From NCBI GenBank assembly GCA_951406725.2, contig OX597820.1, forward strand, positions 47,802,001 through 47,866,000: a DNA stretch of 64,000 nucleotides, in the 5' to 3' direction. Positions 1-14,149 of this stretch are shown here, piece by piece. Made by a program: the position numbers and the translations under genes. Source of the stretch: Octopus vulgaris (lineage: Eukaryota). Positions within the stretch are counted from its first letter, which is position 1. Every line of letters starts with the position of its first letter. The notes under the pieces were generated by a model. That model was not told the DNA's origin. It saw only the letters and a program-made list of their open reading frames with translations, and searched no databases.

Positions 1-500
1 AGAATTGTTATCGTTTTTGTTATTTCGTTATTCAATATTAATTCCGTTTTTGTTGTTGTTGGTTTTGTAGTTGCTATAACTCGGCGAAGAATACTTCGTC
101 GCCATCGTTGTTGTTATGTAAGATATTTATTGTTGTAAGTATATTTGCTTTAATTGTATCTTGCCGATCTTCACGTATGACAATTTCCTAGACTTTGTTT
201 TACTGTTATTATCATGGTGTCTTGTTTCTTCTTGTTGTTGTTGTTATTATTGTTATAGCTGCTGTTGTTGTTGCTGTTGTCGTTGTTGCTGTTGTTGTTG
301 ACGTTGTTAATGTTTTAGCGTGATGAATTTTCTGATTCGATTTTGATTTTGCTATTTGGGGTATATTGATTTGTTTTATATCATTTGTTAATTTTGTGCT
401 TTTGTTCTTTAAATTCGTTGTATTTTTTTTGTTATGATCATAGATGTTGTTGTTGTTGTCATCATTATTGGTGTTGTTATGGATATTTACTTCTTGCAAT
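1..500. repeat. Degenerate (GTT/ATT)n low-complexity tract
   Basis: Runs of gttgtt/attatt; ORFs here are poly-T/N/C artefacts. Confidence 0.8.
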
Positions 501-639
501 TATAACTAAACGTATTCTTGATATATGTCTAACTCACAAATATACAAAAAAAAACACATACATATATACACGCACGAAGAAACACCCCAAATATTCTCAT
601 GCTCTCCCACCCGAAATACGTACACAATAACACTCTCAC

Positions 640-955
<316 letters not shown>

Positions 956-1350
956 ATAATTAGCATCCTAACAAATAGGCAATTTTAGAATACCATCTAA
1001 AAAGATGTTTCATTGAATATTTTCCTCTTGAATTATTCCATTTTATTCTACGTATTAGCGTAGATACGTAACTGGATTTTGTTTTTTATGCACGCAAAAG
1101 AAAACGCCTTTGAAACTTAGTTTTATAAAATATGATGTATATTTATTTTTTACCTCTACGTCGTAATATTAGCAATATTCAACATCAAATAGCGCAAACA
1201 ACACAACACCAGTAGTACGACGGAATATGTGAGCCAGCTAACATGGCATGAGTATGTGACTGACTTCACTTTGTTGTTTATATTTATATCAAATTTTATG
1301 CTCGTGCTTGTAACAAAATCGTGATAATCAGTTTATGACACCTTTATAGT

Positions 1351-1738
1351 GGGAAGCACTCCGTCGGTTACGACGATGAGGGTTCCGGTTGATCCGAATC
1401 AACGGAACAGCCTGCTCGTGAAGTTAACGTGTAAGTGGCTGAGCACTCCACAGACACGTGCACCCTTAACGTAGTTCTCAGGGATATTCAGCGTAACACA
1501 GAGAGTGACAAGGCCGGCCCCTTGAAATACAGGTACAACAGAAACAGGAAGTAAGAGTGGAGTGAGAGAAAGTTGAGGCGAAAGAGTACAACAGGGGTCG
1601 CCACCAACCCCTGCCGGAGCCTCGTGGAGCTTTAGGTGTTTTCGCTCAATAAACACACACAACGCCCGGTCTGGGAATCGAAAGCGCGATCCTCCGACCG
1701 CGAGTCCGCTGCCCTAACCACTGGGCCATTGCGCCTCC
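1351..1738 (-). mobile_element. tRNA-head SINE family A, full length, with 13-bp TSD
   Basis: Minus-strand head GGAGGCGCAATGGCCCAGTGGTTAGGG...TTCGATTCC (A/B boxes), shared with 57386; flanked by acacctttatagt (1338-1350) and acacttttatagt (1739-1751). Confidence 0.85.
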
Positions 1739-2042
1739 ACACTTTTATAGTATTATTAGGATGGCATTCGTCCAAACTTAAACCAACTTAACTGCTAAAA
1801 TGTTTCAACAACAAACAAGTTTCTTTATTCTTAAGAATATTTTATCTGTAAAAATCGTGCCTGGAAAACGATGGGCAGTCTGGAAGACCTGCAACGAGCG
1901 CCACCTTTAGAAATCTGGAGAAAATTCATCAGTTTGTGCATACGGATCGTTGGAGCACAATAACACCATTGCTGATATTGTTGGTCTGTCGTACGTATCC
2001 GTGTAGGCAATCCTAACGTCTGAATTGAACATGCGGTGTGTC

Positions 2043-2192
<150 letters not shown>

Positions 2193-2507
2193 GAGTGAGA
2201 GAGCAGTTCATGCCATCAAAGTGACACTGGGGTAAAATATACGAAGCCCAATATACCCATCATGACTACCCGTCTGATAAAGGTACACCAGGCACATGCA
2301 TCACAACCATATGTGCGCGACATGGTGATCTCATATCAAGATAAACAGCACATGACCTTGCAGGTGGAGCCCAGTTAGAATTTTCTTCAGGTTGAGTAGC
2401 CCATCCTGCTCAAAAGGTCCCTGAATAAGGGTTGCTTTAGGATGTTGAACGAAACACCTATGTTTCCAGAGGTGAATTATTCAAACCCCAAAGAATCCCT
2501 CTCAACA
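2193..2507 (-). mobile_element. Non-LTR retroelement 3' fragment ending in an (AAT)n tail
   Basis: Non-microsatellite segment of balanced GC running directly into (AAT)n on the minus strand; family not determined. Confidence 0.5.
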
Positions 2508-2639
2508 TTATTTTCCTCCTTTCTTCAAATTTTCTTCCATTTCTCGCAAGGTGTTTTCCGTACACGTAGGGCAGAGAAGCTCATTGTATGCATTCCCAGA
2601 TTACACACGCAAATTTACAGGTAAAATGTGTATTTAAAA

Positions 2640-2792
2640 AAAATTAATAAACAAATAAATTCATGAATGGATGTTGTTTTCACAGCGATAATGCTCTTCT
2701 CAGTACATGAGTCGTTCCAGTTAACAGGATTTTTTTGCACTTCCTGTAGGGATGGTAAGCCTGGTATCATTTTCAAATAGGCTTCAGTACCT
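2640..2792 (-). mobile_element. R4/Dong-like (RLE) LINE C-terminal fragment
   Basis: With one frameshift reads IPGLPSLQEVQKILLTGTTHVLRRALSL*, matching the LQK..LLGT.HILR..L C-terminus of RLE-type LINEs. Confidence 0.7.
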
Positions 2793-3011
<219 letters not shown>

Positions 3012-4125
3012 AAGTTTGTGTCCCGCCTGCGGAACACCGAGAAGAAAGAACATCGCATTGAAATCTGTCAAGATCTCCATCACCGTGCCGCTGTTGACCC
3101 ATCCTTCGTGTCGAGAATCATCACCGGTTAAGAGCGTTGGGTGTATTACAGGTACGACTCTGAAATGATGCAGCAGTCATCACTATGGCAGTGCCATTCA
3201 TCTCCACAACCGAAGAAGGCAACGGACCCGCAGCTCAAGTAAGAGCTTCTAATGGTTTTTTTCTTTTTCAACATCCGCGGAATTGTGCATCGCGAATTCA
3301 ACCACCCCCCAGGGCCAAACCGTCGATCGAGAGTTCTACTGTGACATTTTAAAGCATTTCAGGGTGGACATTCTGCGAAAGCGATCGGATCTGAGGAGCG
3401 TGAAAAATTGGATTCATCATTGTCACCGAGCTCTCCACACACATGAGTTTTTCCCCTAAAACAATATGGCATCGCTTCCGCATCCGCTCTATTCATAAGA
3501 TTTAGCACCTGCAGACTTTTATATCTTCCCCAAGATGAAAGTGTAGCTGAAACGTCGCCATTGTCGAGGTCTAGAGCGGATCACAGAAGATCTTCGACTC
3601 GCTTACGGATTTCCATGCTGGATTCCAAAAGTGTCAGGAACGCTGGGAGCGGTGTATCGCTGCTCAAGGTGACTATTTCGAAGGAGATGGTATTAAGACT
3701 TAGGTAAATATTAAACACAACTAGTCCGGGAACCTTTTGATAACACCTCATATACTTACATAATACATACATACATGCATGCATATATGTGTGTATGTGC
3801 GTGCGCATGCGGGTTTCACGCGAATATAGATACACATATAGGAAGACTTAAGTACATAGAAACATACAGAAATACATGGTGGCATAAAAAACAGAGAAAA
3901 GCTCGTATTCGCTAAAACAGAGTAGAGCCAGCTAATTCGTATTCTTCAAATGGAATTGGTGAGAGGGACTTTGAAAATTTGTAAAACATTTCGGGGATTC
4001 TTCACTGCAGGTTCCTAGTTGAATACAATGAAATACAAACAATGAAATATGCATGTGGAATACACATACGCACGTACACACAAGCAGTAATGAAGCACGA
4101 ACACACAGAAACACAAATACACAGA

Positions 4126-4157
<32 letters not shown>

Positions 4158-4494
4158 AATTTGTTCTATCGTAAAACGTACACTCACTATTCCAGAGCAA
4201 GTTTATCAGTGAGCACACACATATATGCCTACATCTACCAATTCAAGGAACTATAAACCCTAAGTACTTTGATTTAAATAAAAGAATATTGCCACTTTAT
4301 AAGGGATCAGCGGGAATTCTACAAAAGTAAAATAACCTCGCAGTTGAAATGTGTTAGGGGACTAGGTTTCAATTAGAGCGATGGCGATACCTGATAATAA
4401 ATGTTTAAGTGAAGTCAACAGATTTGAGAGCTTTTGAATAGCTAATTTGTATCTTCTAAGACACTGTAGAAACAAACTTAAATATATGCGAAAA

Positions 4495-4530
<36 letters not shown>

Positions 4531-4534
<4 letters not shown>

Positions 4535-4712
4535 ATCCAAACAAGAAAACACAGAAAAAAAGAGAAAAAAACAGCAACGCGAGGACGTGGAACAATTAAA
4601 GTATTATTGACGCTCTGGAAAGAAGGGAAGGAGGGTTTAACGTTTCGAGCGGAGCTCTTCGTCGGAAACAAGGAGAAGGAAAGATCCCAAGAAGGGAAGA
4701 CAGAGGAAAAAA
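4531..4712 (-). mobile_element. About 185-bp hammerhead-containing mini-element, copy 1, ending at (TA)n
   Basis: Close inverted copy of 59521-59712 with the same two boundaries. Confidence 0.8.
4635..4669 (-). ncRNA. Minimal type I hammerhead ribozyme motif, CCGACGA core variant
   Basis: Minus strand GTTT-CCGACGA-A-GAGC tcc GCTC-GAAA-CGTT-AAAC: stem I GTTT/AAAC, stem II GAGC/GCTC, palindromic stem III, predicted GUU site. Confidence 0.65.
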
Positions 4713-5221
4713 TATTTTTGCTGGTGGTGCTCAAGAGATCACATACAGCCAATTCTAGGATGGAAGGTCCTCATTAGGGATTAAATACTTCAAAAATGTC
4801 ACTGGTTAATCACTATCATTTAAAGAGAAAGTCTCGGCGATATATTAGGGATTATTATAGTAATACATATTGTTAATGATGAAAGAAAGAAAATGATGGA
4901 GAATTATGGATGTATAAATAATTTATTTGTATTATATAATGGGGGTGTAAGTTCTTTTATAAAAACAATACAAATGAATTACAAATTATAAAGCTCTAAA
5001 AGAAATGGCAGGTGCCAAAAACTTACATATATGTTTCGATTCATGCCCCAGCGTTCACATCATATTGTATCATATTTAAAATCAAGTATTGTCAACAGTT
5101 TGAAGATTTCACCGTTAAGATATGTATCTTGAAAACCTGATTGGTAAACGCTTAGTTGTCAATATCTAAAATGTATATATACATATTTATGTATTTATAC
5201 ATTTGTATATATATATATGTA

Positions 5222-5278
<57 letters not shown>

Positions 5279-5291
5279 GTCTGTCTATCTA

Positions 5292-5334
<43 letters not shown>

Positions 5335-5604
5335 TTCTCTATCTATACTTCAATATATATGAGTACGTATTTACACATTTACACATGCGTATATTCACAC
5401 AATATATATATTTATATATATATATACTCACACTCAAAAAATATATATTTATCAAATTCATTTTCATTTAATTATTATCTCAAGGGTTAAGTTGTTAGAA
5501 TTATGTTATGAAAAGTTTAATATCTAGAATTGATCTATTAAGACGTCAAATAGAAAATGTTGAACGAGGAAGTGAAGAGAAAAGAATAAAGCGTATTATA
5601 ATGA

Positions 5605-7350
5605 GACTAGCTTAAGGTGAGCCGCTCTACGTGCGGGTGAGTGTGTGGTTGTTACTTTCTGTTGCTTCCTTTTTGTTTCTTATCGCCACAACCTCCCTCT
5701 CTCCTTTCTCACTTTCCCACTTTGTTACTCTTCCTTTCTCTCGGACTCTCCGTCGCTTTCTCTTACTCTCTATTTTTATCTCTCTCTCTCCCATTTATAA
5801 AGAACAAAAGATCTTGAGTAATTTGAGAAAGAAAATATTTTTAAAGAACAATCATAAATATCAAGCAGTGACAACGGAAAGGTCTGCTTCAAGGCGGACA
5901 GCAAAACACTAACATTTAAAAGGGACAGACGAACTTGCGAGCTGAATAAAAATTTTAAAATATTGGAAACCAAAGTTTGAAGGGATAGAATCTGAGGCTA
6001 GTAGACTCACTACGGCTCACATTCAAAACTTCTTAACGACGGACAGCAACATACTGGCAGTTTAACGGCTGGCGCAAAATTTTGAACTTGATATAATAGA
6101 AAATTCCTAAACACCAAGTTTTGAAGTGATTCTTTCTCACGACAGTAGACTCACCATGGCAGGCATTCAAAACTTCTTCATGACAGACGGCAACACATTG
6201 ACGATTTAAAGGCTGGCGCCAATTTTTTATCTTGATGTAATAGAGAATTCCTAAACATCCTCTCCTGTAAATTTTAATCCCCTTCCAGCCCCATTTAGAC
6301 CTCTTTTCACATAAAATTCCAATTTGTATCAACGTAATAATTCACCATTCTAAAACACCTGTGGAGGGACTATCTAAACTTTTGCGGCTGTCAACGCTTT
6401 CTCTCTATAGATATAGACAGACGTACAGTGAGAGAAGTGGTGGGAGAAAGATTGACAGAGAGACGGTGAAGCTGTCAAACGTCGTTATAGATAGAGATAG
6501 AGGAAGACAGGGTGATATGCGAAAGAAAGAAACGATAAACACTTGTCAAAGTGAGGGTTTTGGTGTTCTAGTAACCACAGCTTTTGAGATGGGGGTTTCG
6601 AACCAATTCCACTCTCTTCCTCGCCTCCTTTTACATGTCCCTGTAAATTTTGGAGCCAATCCGACCCCATCTAGTGCCCCTTAACCTGTTCCAATCAAAA
6701 AATGAGACAAACAAACTTTTCGCATTTCAGCCTTATAGATATTGAACTAGCTCAAGGTGACACTCTCTACGCGCAGGTAAGTGTTTGATTGTTAATTTCA
6801 GTTGCTTCCTTTCTGTTTTTTATCTCCACATTCTTCCTCTTTGTTTCTCTCCTCTTTCTCATTTTTCCACTCTCTTACTCTTCCTTTCTCTCGGACTATC
6901 TCTCGCTTTCTCTTACTCTGAATCTTTCTCTATCTATCTCTCTCCCATTTATAAAAAATTAGATTTGTGCGTTTAAATTACAAATCTGCTTCCACTTTAT
7001 CATGTTGAAAATTTGATTGTCCGATCTAGACACCCAAGTGTCCCTCCAAATCAATAATATCCCAGTTTTCACACAAAAGCATCCACTGTAGCGCCCCAAA
7101 ACGTTTCCCAATCAATTTCCCCCCTCAAGTTACCCTCTCCTGTAAATTTTAATCCTCTTCCAACCCCATTTAGACCCCTTTATACATAAAAATCCAATTT
7201 GCATCAACGTTCGCATTCTTCATTTTATAGATTAGACAGATATCCCCGGTCGTGCTCGGGATTAAAATAGTTTATTATTGTTTTACTTGTTCCGGTATTA
7301 TAACCCGATTTAATTCGGGTCTACACGGTCCACATTTTAAAAAATGAGGA
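5605..7350 (+). mobile_element. Tandem Helentron/HINE-like non-autonomous units (about 5605-6742, 6745-7232, 7233-7350)
   Basis: Repeated starts actagct.aaggtga..c.ctctacg.gc.ggt (5605, 6746); shared block 6258-6335 = 7134-7210; ends ttatagat; internal 143-bp tandem repeat (5970-6257). Confidence 0.55.
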
Positions 7351-7677
7351 ATTTCGCCGTAGTGGCCATGCGTTTCAATTGAGCAAACTCAAAGATGCCA
7401 TGCAAACACGCTAACACTTTTAACATAGTTGTGCATATTTTCAGCGCAATCCGACCACATATGCACACATTATATATATGTATATATATATATATATAAT
7501 GGCGGTGCCCCAGCATGGCCACAGCTCATGAGCTGAAACTAGAATCAATCAATCAATCAATCAATATATATATATATATGGCCGCGAGCGAAACATTTTC
7601 TGTTCCCAAAAGCGCTTTCTATTTACTGTTCGTCGCATATTTGAGCCATTTAGTTTTAAACTGCGTATAGTCACTTT

Positions 7678-8020
7678 TGTGGTTAGAGCGTCGGGCATAT
7701 GGCTAAGTGGTTAGAGATAGTGAGTTCGATTCCCGGACTGGGCTGTGTGTTGTGTTGTGTTCTTAGGCAAGACTTCTTTATTTCACGGTGCTCCAGTTCA
7801 CCCAGCTGCAGAAATGAGTTGCGACGTCACTGGTGCCAAGCTGTATCAACCTTTGTCTTTCCCTTGGATAACATCGGTGGCATGGAGAGGGGAAGCTGGG
7901 ATGCATGGGCGACTGCTGCTCTTCCATAAACAACCTTTCCTGGACATGTGCCTCGGAGAGTAACCTTTTAGGTGCAATCCCATGGCCCTTCATATCGGAA
8001 AGGAGGCCTTTACTTTACCT
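7678..8020 (+). mobile_element. SINE family D (tRNA head, CORE-like segment, RTE-5'UTR-like body)
   Basis: B box gagttcgattcc; CORE-like gtgttcttaggcaagac; homologous to 38140-38450. Confidence 0.8.
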
Positions 8021-8399
8021 ACTAAGAAATGATATTCCAATTCACGTTTATATTAGTTTTCAAAAGACATCCAAAAACTATTTAAAACCTACTCTAAATG
8101 AAGGAGTGTACAAATATAAATCAATCCTGAACACCAACATCATTACCACTTATTCAATAGTTAAAGTTTCTCCGTACAAAAACGACCAGATTGATATATA
8201 ACTGTAAAAATGCAATGAAATGAATAAAAAAAGTAATTTAAAACTGCTTTCAAGAAGTTATAACAGACTATTTTTCGAAAGGGAAAAGACAAAACCAACC
8301 AAGATTATAGACGATATCGTTATTTGAGTTTATATGAAAAACCAAACCAAAAATCGTGATGGCACTTTAAATAATCAATACTTACCTTAATGCAGTCTT

Positions 8400-9650
8400 A
8401 GTCACTCTATAAGTGCATCTTGGAAATACCTACAGCACATTTGGAAAAGAAGTAAATTTACATAAATTTTGATAACAAACCTGTTGATAATATGAACAAC
8501 CTCCGAAATAGAGTGGAACATTAAGAGAACATCTTACAGTTGAAGGGCAATAAATAAGTCTAAAACATACTAACCACTTTTTAAAACTGTTGACAATATC
8601 AACTGAAGAGTTCAACTGTAAATAACATCAACTTGAGTGTTTAACAGTAAATAGCATTATACAATTTAAGGTGAATTAATAAGTGTATGACATACCAATC
8701 TCTAAAAAGATAGCTAAAATGTACTGAGATTCCACATGCCTTCGTTTTGAAAGGAAATTCATGAACGTAAAATATTGAGTAAAAAAAATCTGTTATCGAA
8801 AATGTGTTTTCAATTTGATAATGTCTGGAGGAAAAGGCATCAACGTGACCACCTACCATCACACATGAATGAACAAAATAAAAGCACTATCATTTCTACC
8901 AAGAAATAGAATTAAGTTTCTTCGAACTGAAAACGCACCACAATCACCAATATCGATAGTGTAGTACATATCCTATATGACGATAACAAAAATCAATTAC
9001 GCAGCTGAGAAGGTGAACTTGATAAAAACTAAAGAAGAAAATAAACAATAAATGACAGAAAATTGGTAAACATGTGTATTTGTATCCAAAGTAAACAAAA
9101 TAAATCATACAAAGATATTCAGGTAATATACTCTGCTAAAAAGAAAAGCTCATGACAAACATCTTTTGTAAGTCAGACACAAAAGAAAAAAACACTTAAG
9201 TAAGATTGGAAAACAATGAAAACTTTTTATTTTCCAAGATCATAGCTTCGATCTCTTCAATCAGTTAAGCTCCATAAAATCCTAGACTCAAAAGCTTCAG
9301 AGTCTGACAGAATTACAAGTTTACACTTAAATATGTAGTGTCTGACGGAATAAGTTTTCTCCACCAGCAGCTTACATCTACGGCTACAGAGAGAAAATTT
9401 GTGAACCCCGTAATCTAAGCAAAATCATGTTTAGATTATGAGGTTATTTGGGTTTAAGTCCTGCAGAAACAAACGTAAAGTAGCATCACATAGATCCATT
9501 ACCCTCTGAAAGATGCCAATTCTTCGGAATCACATGGTTTTAAGGAAAGGACAATAGGTATTTTTCAGGAGATAATACAACTATGGACACATGTTTCTAA
9601 TCAATAGGCGTCTTCGGTAGAGCAGTTATCTTACCTTGACTCTAGCAGGA
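8400..9650 (+). pseudogene. Possible highly decayed LINE reverse transcriptase
   Basis: A-rich stretch with ordered weak motifs (YRKC.., IFQDHSFDLF like IFQGDSLSP, FGFKSC, QFFGI); many stops. Confidence 0.3.
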
Positions 9651-9802
9651 ATAAAAGGTAGACACACATAAAAAGTGTAGAAGACATTTATCCCGAACAT
9701 TTGTTTACAAAATTTATTTTGATTGGTATAAAATGTATATATTCATTTGTTACGCTCTGTCGGCTTGTCACTCCAGATATATATGCGTATGAAATGTATA
9801 TC

Positions 9803-9894
<92 letters not shown>

Positions 9895-9964
9895 ATTGAC
9901 CCTACATACACAAACACACAGGTACAGACACACAGGCACACACACACATATGTATATATACATA

Positions 9965-10166
9965 TACAGGGTGCGAGGGGTAAACTGTTACCATTTTATA
10001 TTTTTAATTTTGAACATGCGCAGGAGTGGCTGTGTGGTAAGTAGCTTGCTTACCAGCCACATGGTTCCGGGTTCAGTCCCACTGCGTGGCACATTGGTCA
10101 AGTCTCTTCTACTATAGCCTTGGGCCGACCAAGGCCTAGTGAGTGGACTTGGTAGACGGAAACTGA

Positions 10167-10207
<41 letters not shown>

Positions 10208-11105
10208 CGTGTGTCTGTGTTTGTCTCCCAACATCGCTTGAAAACCGATGCTGGTGCGTTTACGTCCCTGTAACTTAGCGGTTCGGTAAAAAAGACCGAT
10301 AGAATAAGTGGGGTCGATTTGCTCGACTAAAGGCGGTGCTCCAGCATGGCCACAGTCAAATGACTGAAACAAGGTAAAGAATAAAGAATAAACAATAATG
10401 CGCATTGTCTTTGATTTTGTCGACTACGGAGTATAGTAGCATGACTCAATTCACTCTGCCAGAAATTTGGAAACGACATGCTGTACTGCTTGGCATTCAC
10501 GCCAGAAGATCCAATACGAACATTTCAGAGTTTTTGCTTGTCAATCTCAGAGCAGTGCAATCTGAGGACATGTACCAAGAGTGATAAAAATCGAACATCC
10601 AGTCAATATCATTGTGTTTGGAGTGATTGCTAGTGATAGCGACGTTGTGCCGCCATTCCTCTTCCCACACAGTCTCAGAATCAGTACGGAGATCTACATC
10701 AAGTACATGGAGGAGATAGTGCTGCCCTGAGTCAAGAGGGTGGCTGCTGGACGTGGTCGTCGACATAGAGTCTGCGACCACATCAATCCTAACACCGCAC
10801 ACTGCAACGCTCCTTGATTATTATGTGTGGGGCGTATTTGAGCGAGAGACCAACAAAACTCCTTGTAGCACCTAAGATGTAATGAAGGCAAGGATTATGG
10901 CAGCATTCACTAACTTCAACAAGGAGATCGTCCAGAAGAGTTGCAGGAGATTCAGAAGTCATCTGGTGGCGATGTTACTGAAAAATTTTGTTCTTTAGTA
11001 TTTCAAGTCATTTTTATGTAATTTTGGTAAATAGATCTATTAAAATGAGATGTCAGTGATATTTTCATTTTTGCATAATTTAAGCAACAGTTTATTTACC
11101 GTAAC
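9965..11105 (+). mobile_element. Internally deleted maT/DD37D-like Tc1-mariner transposon
   Basis: TA+CAGGGTG end; MTQFTLPEIWKRHAVLLGIH..., HPVNIIVFGVIASD...YIKYMEEIVLP, LDYYVWGVFERETN. Confidence 0.8.
10017..10390 (+). mobile_element. SINE family B, inserted in the maT-like element
   Basis: Head gcaggagtggctgtgtggtaagtagcttgct...gggttcagtccc, internal (TA)n, tail tgactgaaacaag.taaaga. Confidence 0.9.
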
Positions 11106-11116
11106 TTTTGCGCGCG

Positions 11117-11318
11117 CGCATGTGGGAAGAAGCTTGTTTCAAAATCATATGTTTCCAGGTTCTGACCCACTGCGGCGTGGCACCTTGGACAACTGTCTTC
11201 TGCTGTAGCCTCCAGCCGACCAAACCCTTGTGCGCGGATTTGGTAGACGGAAACTAAAAGAAGACAGTCGTATATATATGTATGTAATATATATAATATA
11301 TATATATATATGTATGTA

Positions 11319-11361
<43 letters not shown>

Positions 11362-11382
11362 GAATGAGTGCGTGTCGGTGTT

Positions 11383-11431
<49 letters not shown>

Positions 11432-11634
11432 GTATGAGTGCGTGTCAGTGTTTGTGTCTGCATTTGCCCCTACCATCACTTGACAACTGACACTGGTGTG
11501 TTTACGTCCTTGTGACCTAGCAGTTCGGCAAACATATCCGATAGAATAAGTACTAGACTTGCAAAGAACAAGTTCTAGGAACCATTTCTGCGAGTAAAGA
11601 CACCTGACTGAAACAAGTAAATGAATAAAAAGAA
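11117..11634 (+). mobile_element. SINE family B (diverged)
   Basis: Homology to other B copies. Confidence 0.8.
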
Positions 11635-11660
11635 TATATATATATATATATATATATATA

Positions 11661-11854
11661 CTCTTTTACTTGTTTCAGTCATTTGACTGCCGCCATGCTG
11701 GAGCACCGCCTTTAGTCGAGCAAATCAACCCCAGGATTTATTCTCTGTAATCCTACTACTTATTCTATCGGTCTCTTTAGCCGGCGGAACCGCTAAGTTA
11801 CGGGGACGTAAACAAACCAGCATCGTTTGTCAAGCAATGTTGGGGAGACAGACA

Positions 11855-11908
<54 letters not shown>

Positions 11909-12080
11909 CGTATATATACGACGGGCTTCTTTCAGTTTCCGTCTACCAAATACAACCACAAAGCTTTGGTCAGCCCGAGGCTATAGCAGAAGACACTTAC
12001 TCAAGCGCCACGCAGTGGGACTGAACTCGGAACTATGTGGCTGGTTAGCAAGCAACTTACCACAGAGCCACTCCTACGCC
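11661..12080 (-). mobile_element. SINE family B
   Basis: Reverse complement of B from head (12080) to tail (11661). Confidence 0.9.
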
Positions 12081-12782
12081 TATATATATATACATATACA
12101 CACATACACATATACATACATATATATACAAATATATACATACATATACATATACATGTATATATATATGTATATATGTATATGTACATATATATATATG
12201 CATATATATATGTATATATAGGCATGTATATATATATATACATATATATATATACATTTATATATTTACATATATGTATGCATATTATATATACGCACAC
12301 ATATATTCACACACACATATATATATATATACATACACGCTCACACACATATATATATATACATACACGCACACACACATATATATATATGTATGTATGT
12401 GTGTATCTATGTATCTATGTATATCTGTGTATACGCATGCAGATATAAGTCTGTACATATAAAGTAAGGCATATATATTTCAGGCATGCTCTTTACACAA
12501 ATCATTCAAGCAACCAGACACTGCACCAAGTTTAAACCAAACACCCGAAATATCATTACAAATAATGATAGCACTAAATAATCACCGCTTGCACCTCTCT
12601 TCCAAGCAGAACCCCCACCAGACTTAGTATCACGCACAGAAAATAATAATAGTTATTGAGTGACAAAGGAAAGGAGAAATATATGCACATTAAGTGATAT
12701 ATATGTGTGTGTGTGTACATATATATGTATATATATATACACATGCGAATATATACAAATATATGTATATATACTTATGTAA

Positions 12783-12856
<74 letters not shown>

Positions 12857-12948
12857 TAAGTGAACTCGTATATATGAGCAAAAAACAACCAATAATGAAG
12901 ATTAATGAGAAAAATAATCTATCTCTCCTCTCATATTAGTGTGCGCAT

Positions 12949-13080
<132 letters not shown>

Positions 13081-13092
13081 ATCTATCTATCT

Positions 13093-13155
<63 letters not shown>

Positions 13156-13582
13156 TACATACACTTATACATATATACGTCCCTACATATAATACATATA
13201 TATGTGTTTGTGAATTTGTGTGAATTTGTGTATGTATTTTTACGTACACATACACATCTGTAAACAGTATTGTATTCTCTTCGCATCGATTCATCAAGTG
13301 CAACAAAACATTTTGGCGGTGAAAGAAATTATTAGCACCTTATTGATTTTATAGTGATAACCAATCGTTTAACAAGTGCAACAACTGTAGCATCAGCAAC
13401 AACAACGATAACAGCAGAGGAAATTGCCATCACGGCTACGTGTATAACTTCGTGGCCACATCACCACCTGATAAAAGTTTTACCACTGTTATAGCCAGTA
13501 CGACCACATCCGTCCGATGGAGACTCAGCATGAGATAAAAGGCCACAGCTTCGGATAATTATACACACAAGTGCTCTAGTGC

Positions 13583-13644
<62 letters not shown>

Positions 13645-14149
13645 TGATGATGATGATGATGATAATAATAGTAATGTCTATCATGCTCATGATATGAAAG
13701 TTTGCTGCAGAAGGTTAAGACGTTTGCTTTTAGAAGTGTTGTTAGTGTATTTAAGTGCATTTTACAATATTTGAAAAACATTTTGAATTAATTAATATTG
13801 TAACCCTATTGAGAAAACAAAATAAACGTCATCAGTCTTAAATAATTACATTTTTTTTCTTTTCTTGTTAGGCAGTAAAAGAGACAAAACTTATAAAAAT
13901 TATCTATATTCGTTAATGAGTAATCTCAATGGCTGCACGAAGTTTTGTCAATGAACAGGTCGCGGTCTCACAGCGACGAAAATATTTTGACAAATTAAAT
14001 TCAAATGTTGAAGTGAATCTAACGGTTTTTGTGTTTCTTAAATGGCTTATAAACACCTTCCACGCTGTAATTGTTTTCGTTCCAGCACACGATCTCAGAT
14101 CAAGTCACTTGCTATGCAAGTACATCTCCGTAACTATATATATATATCG

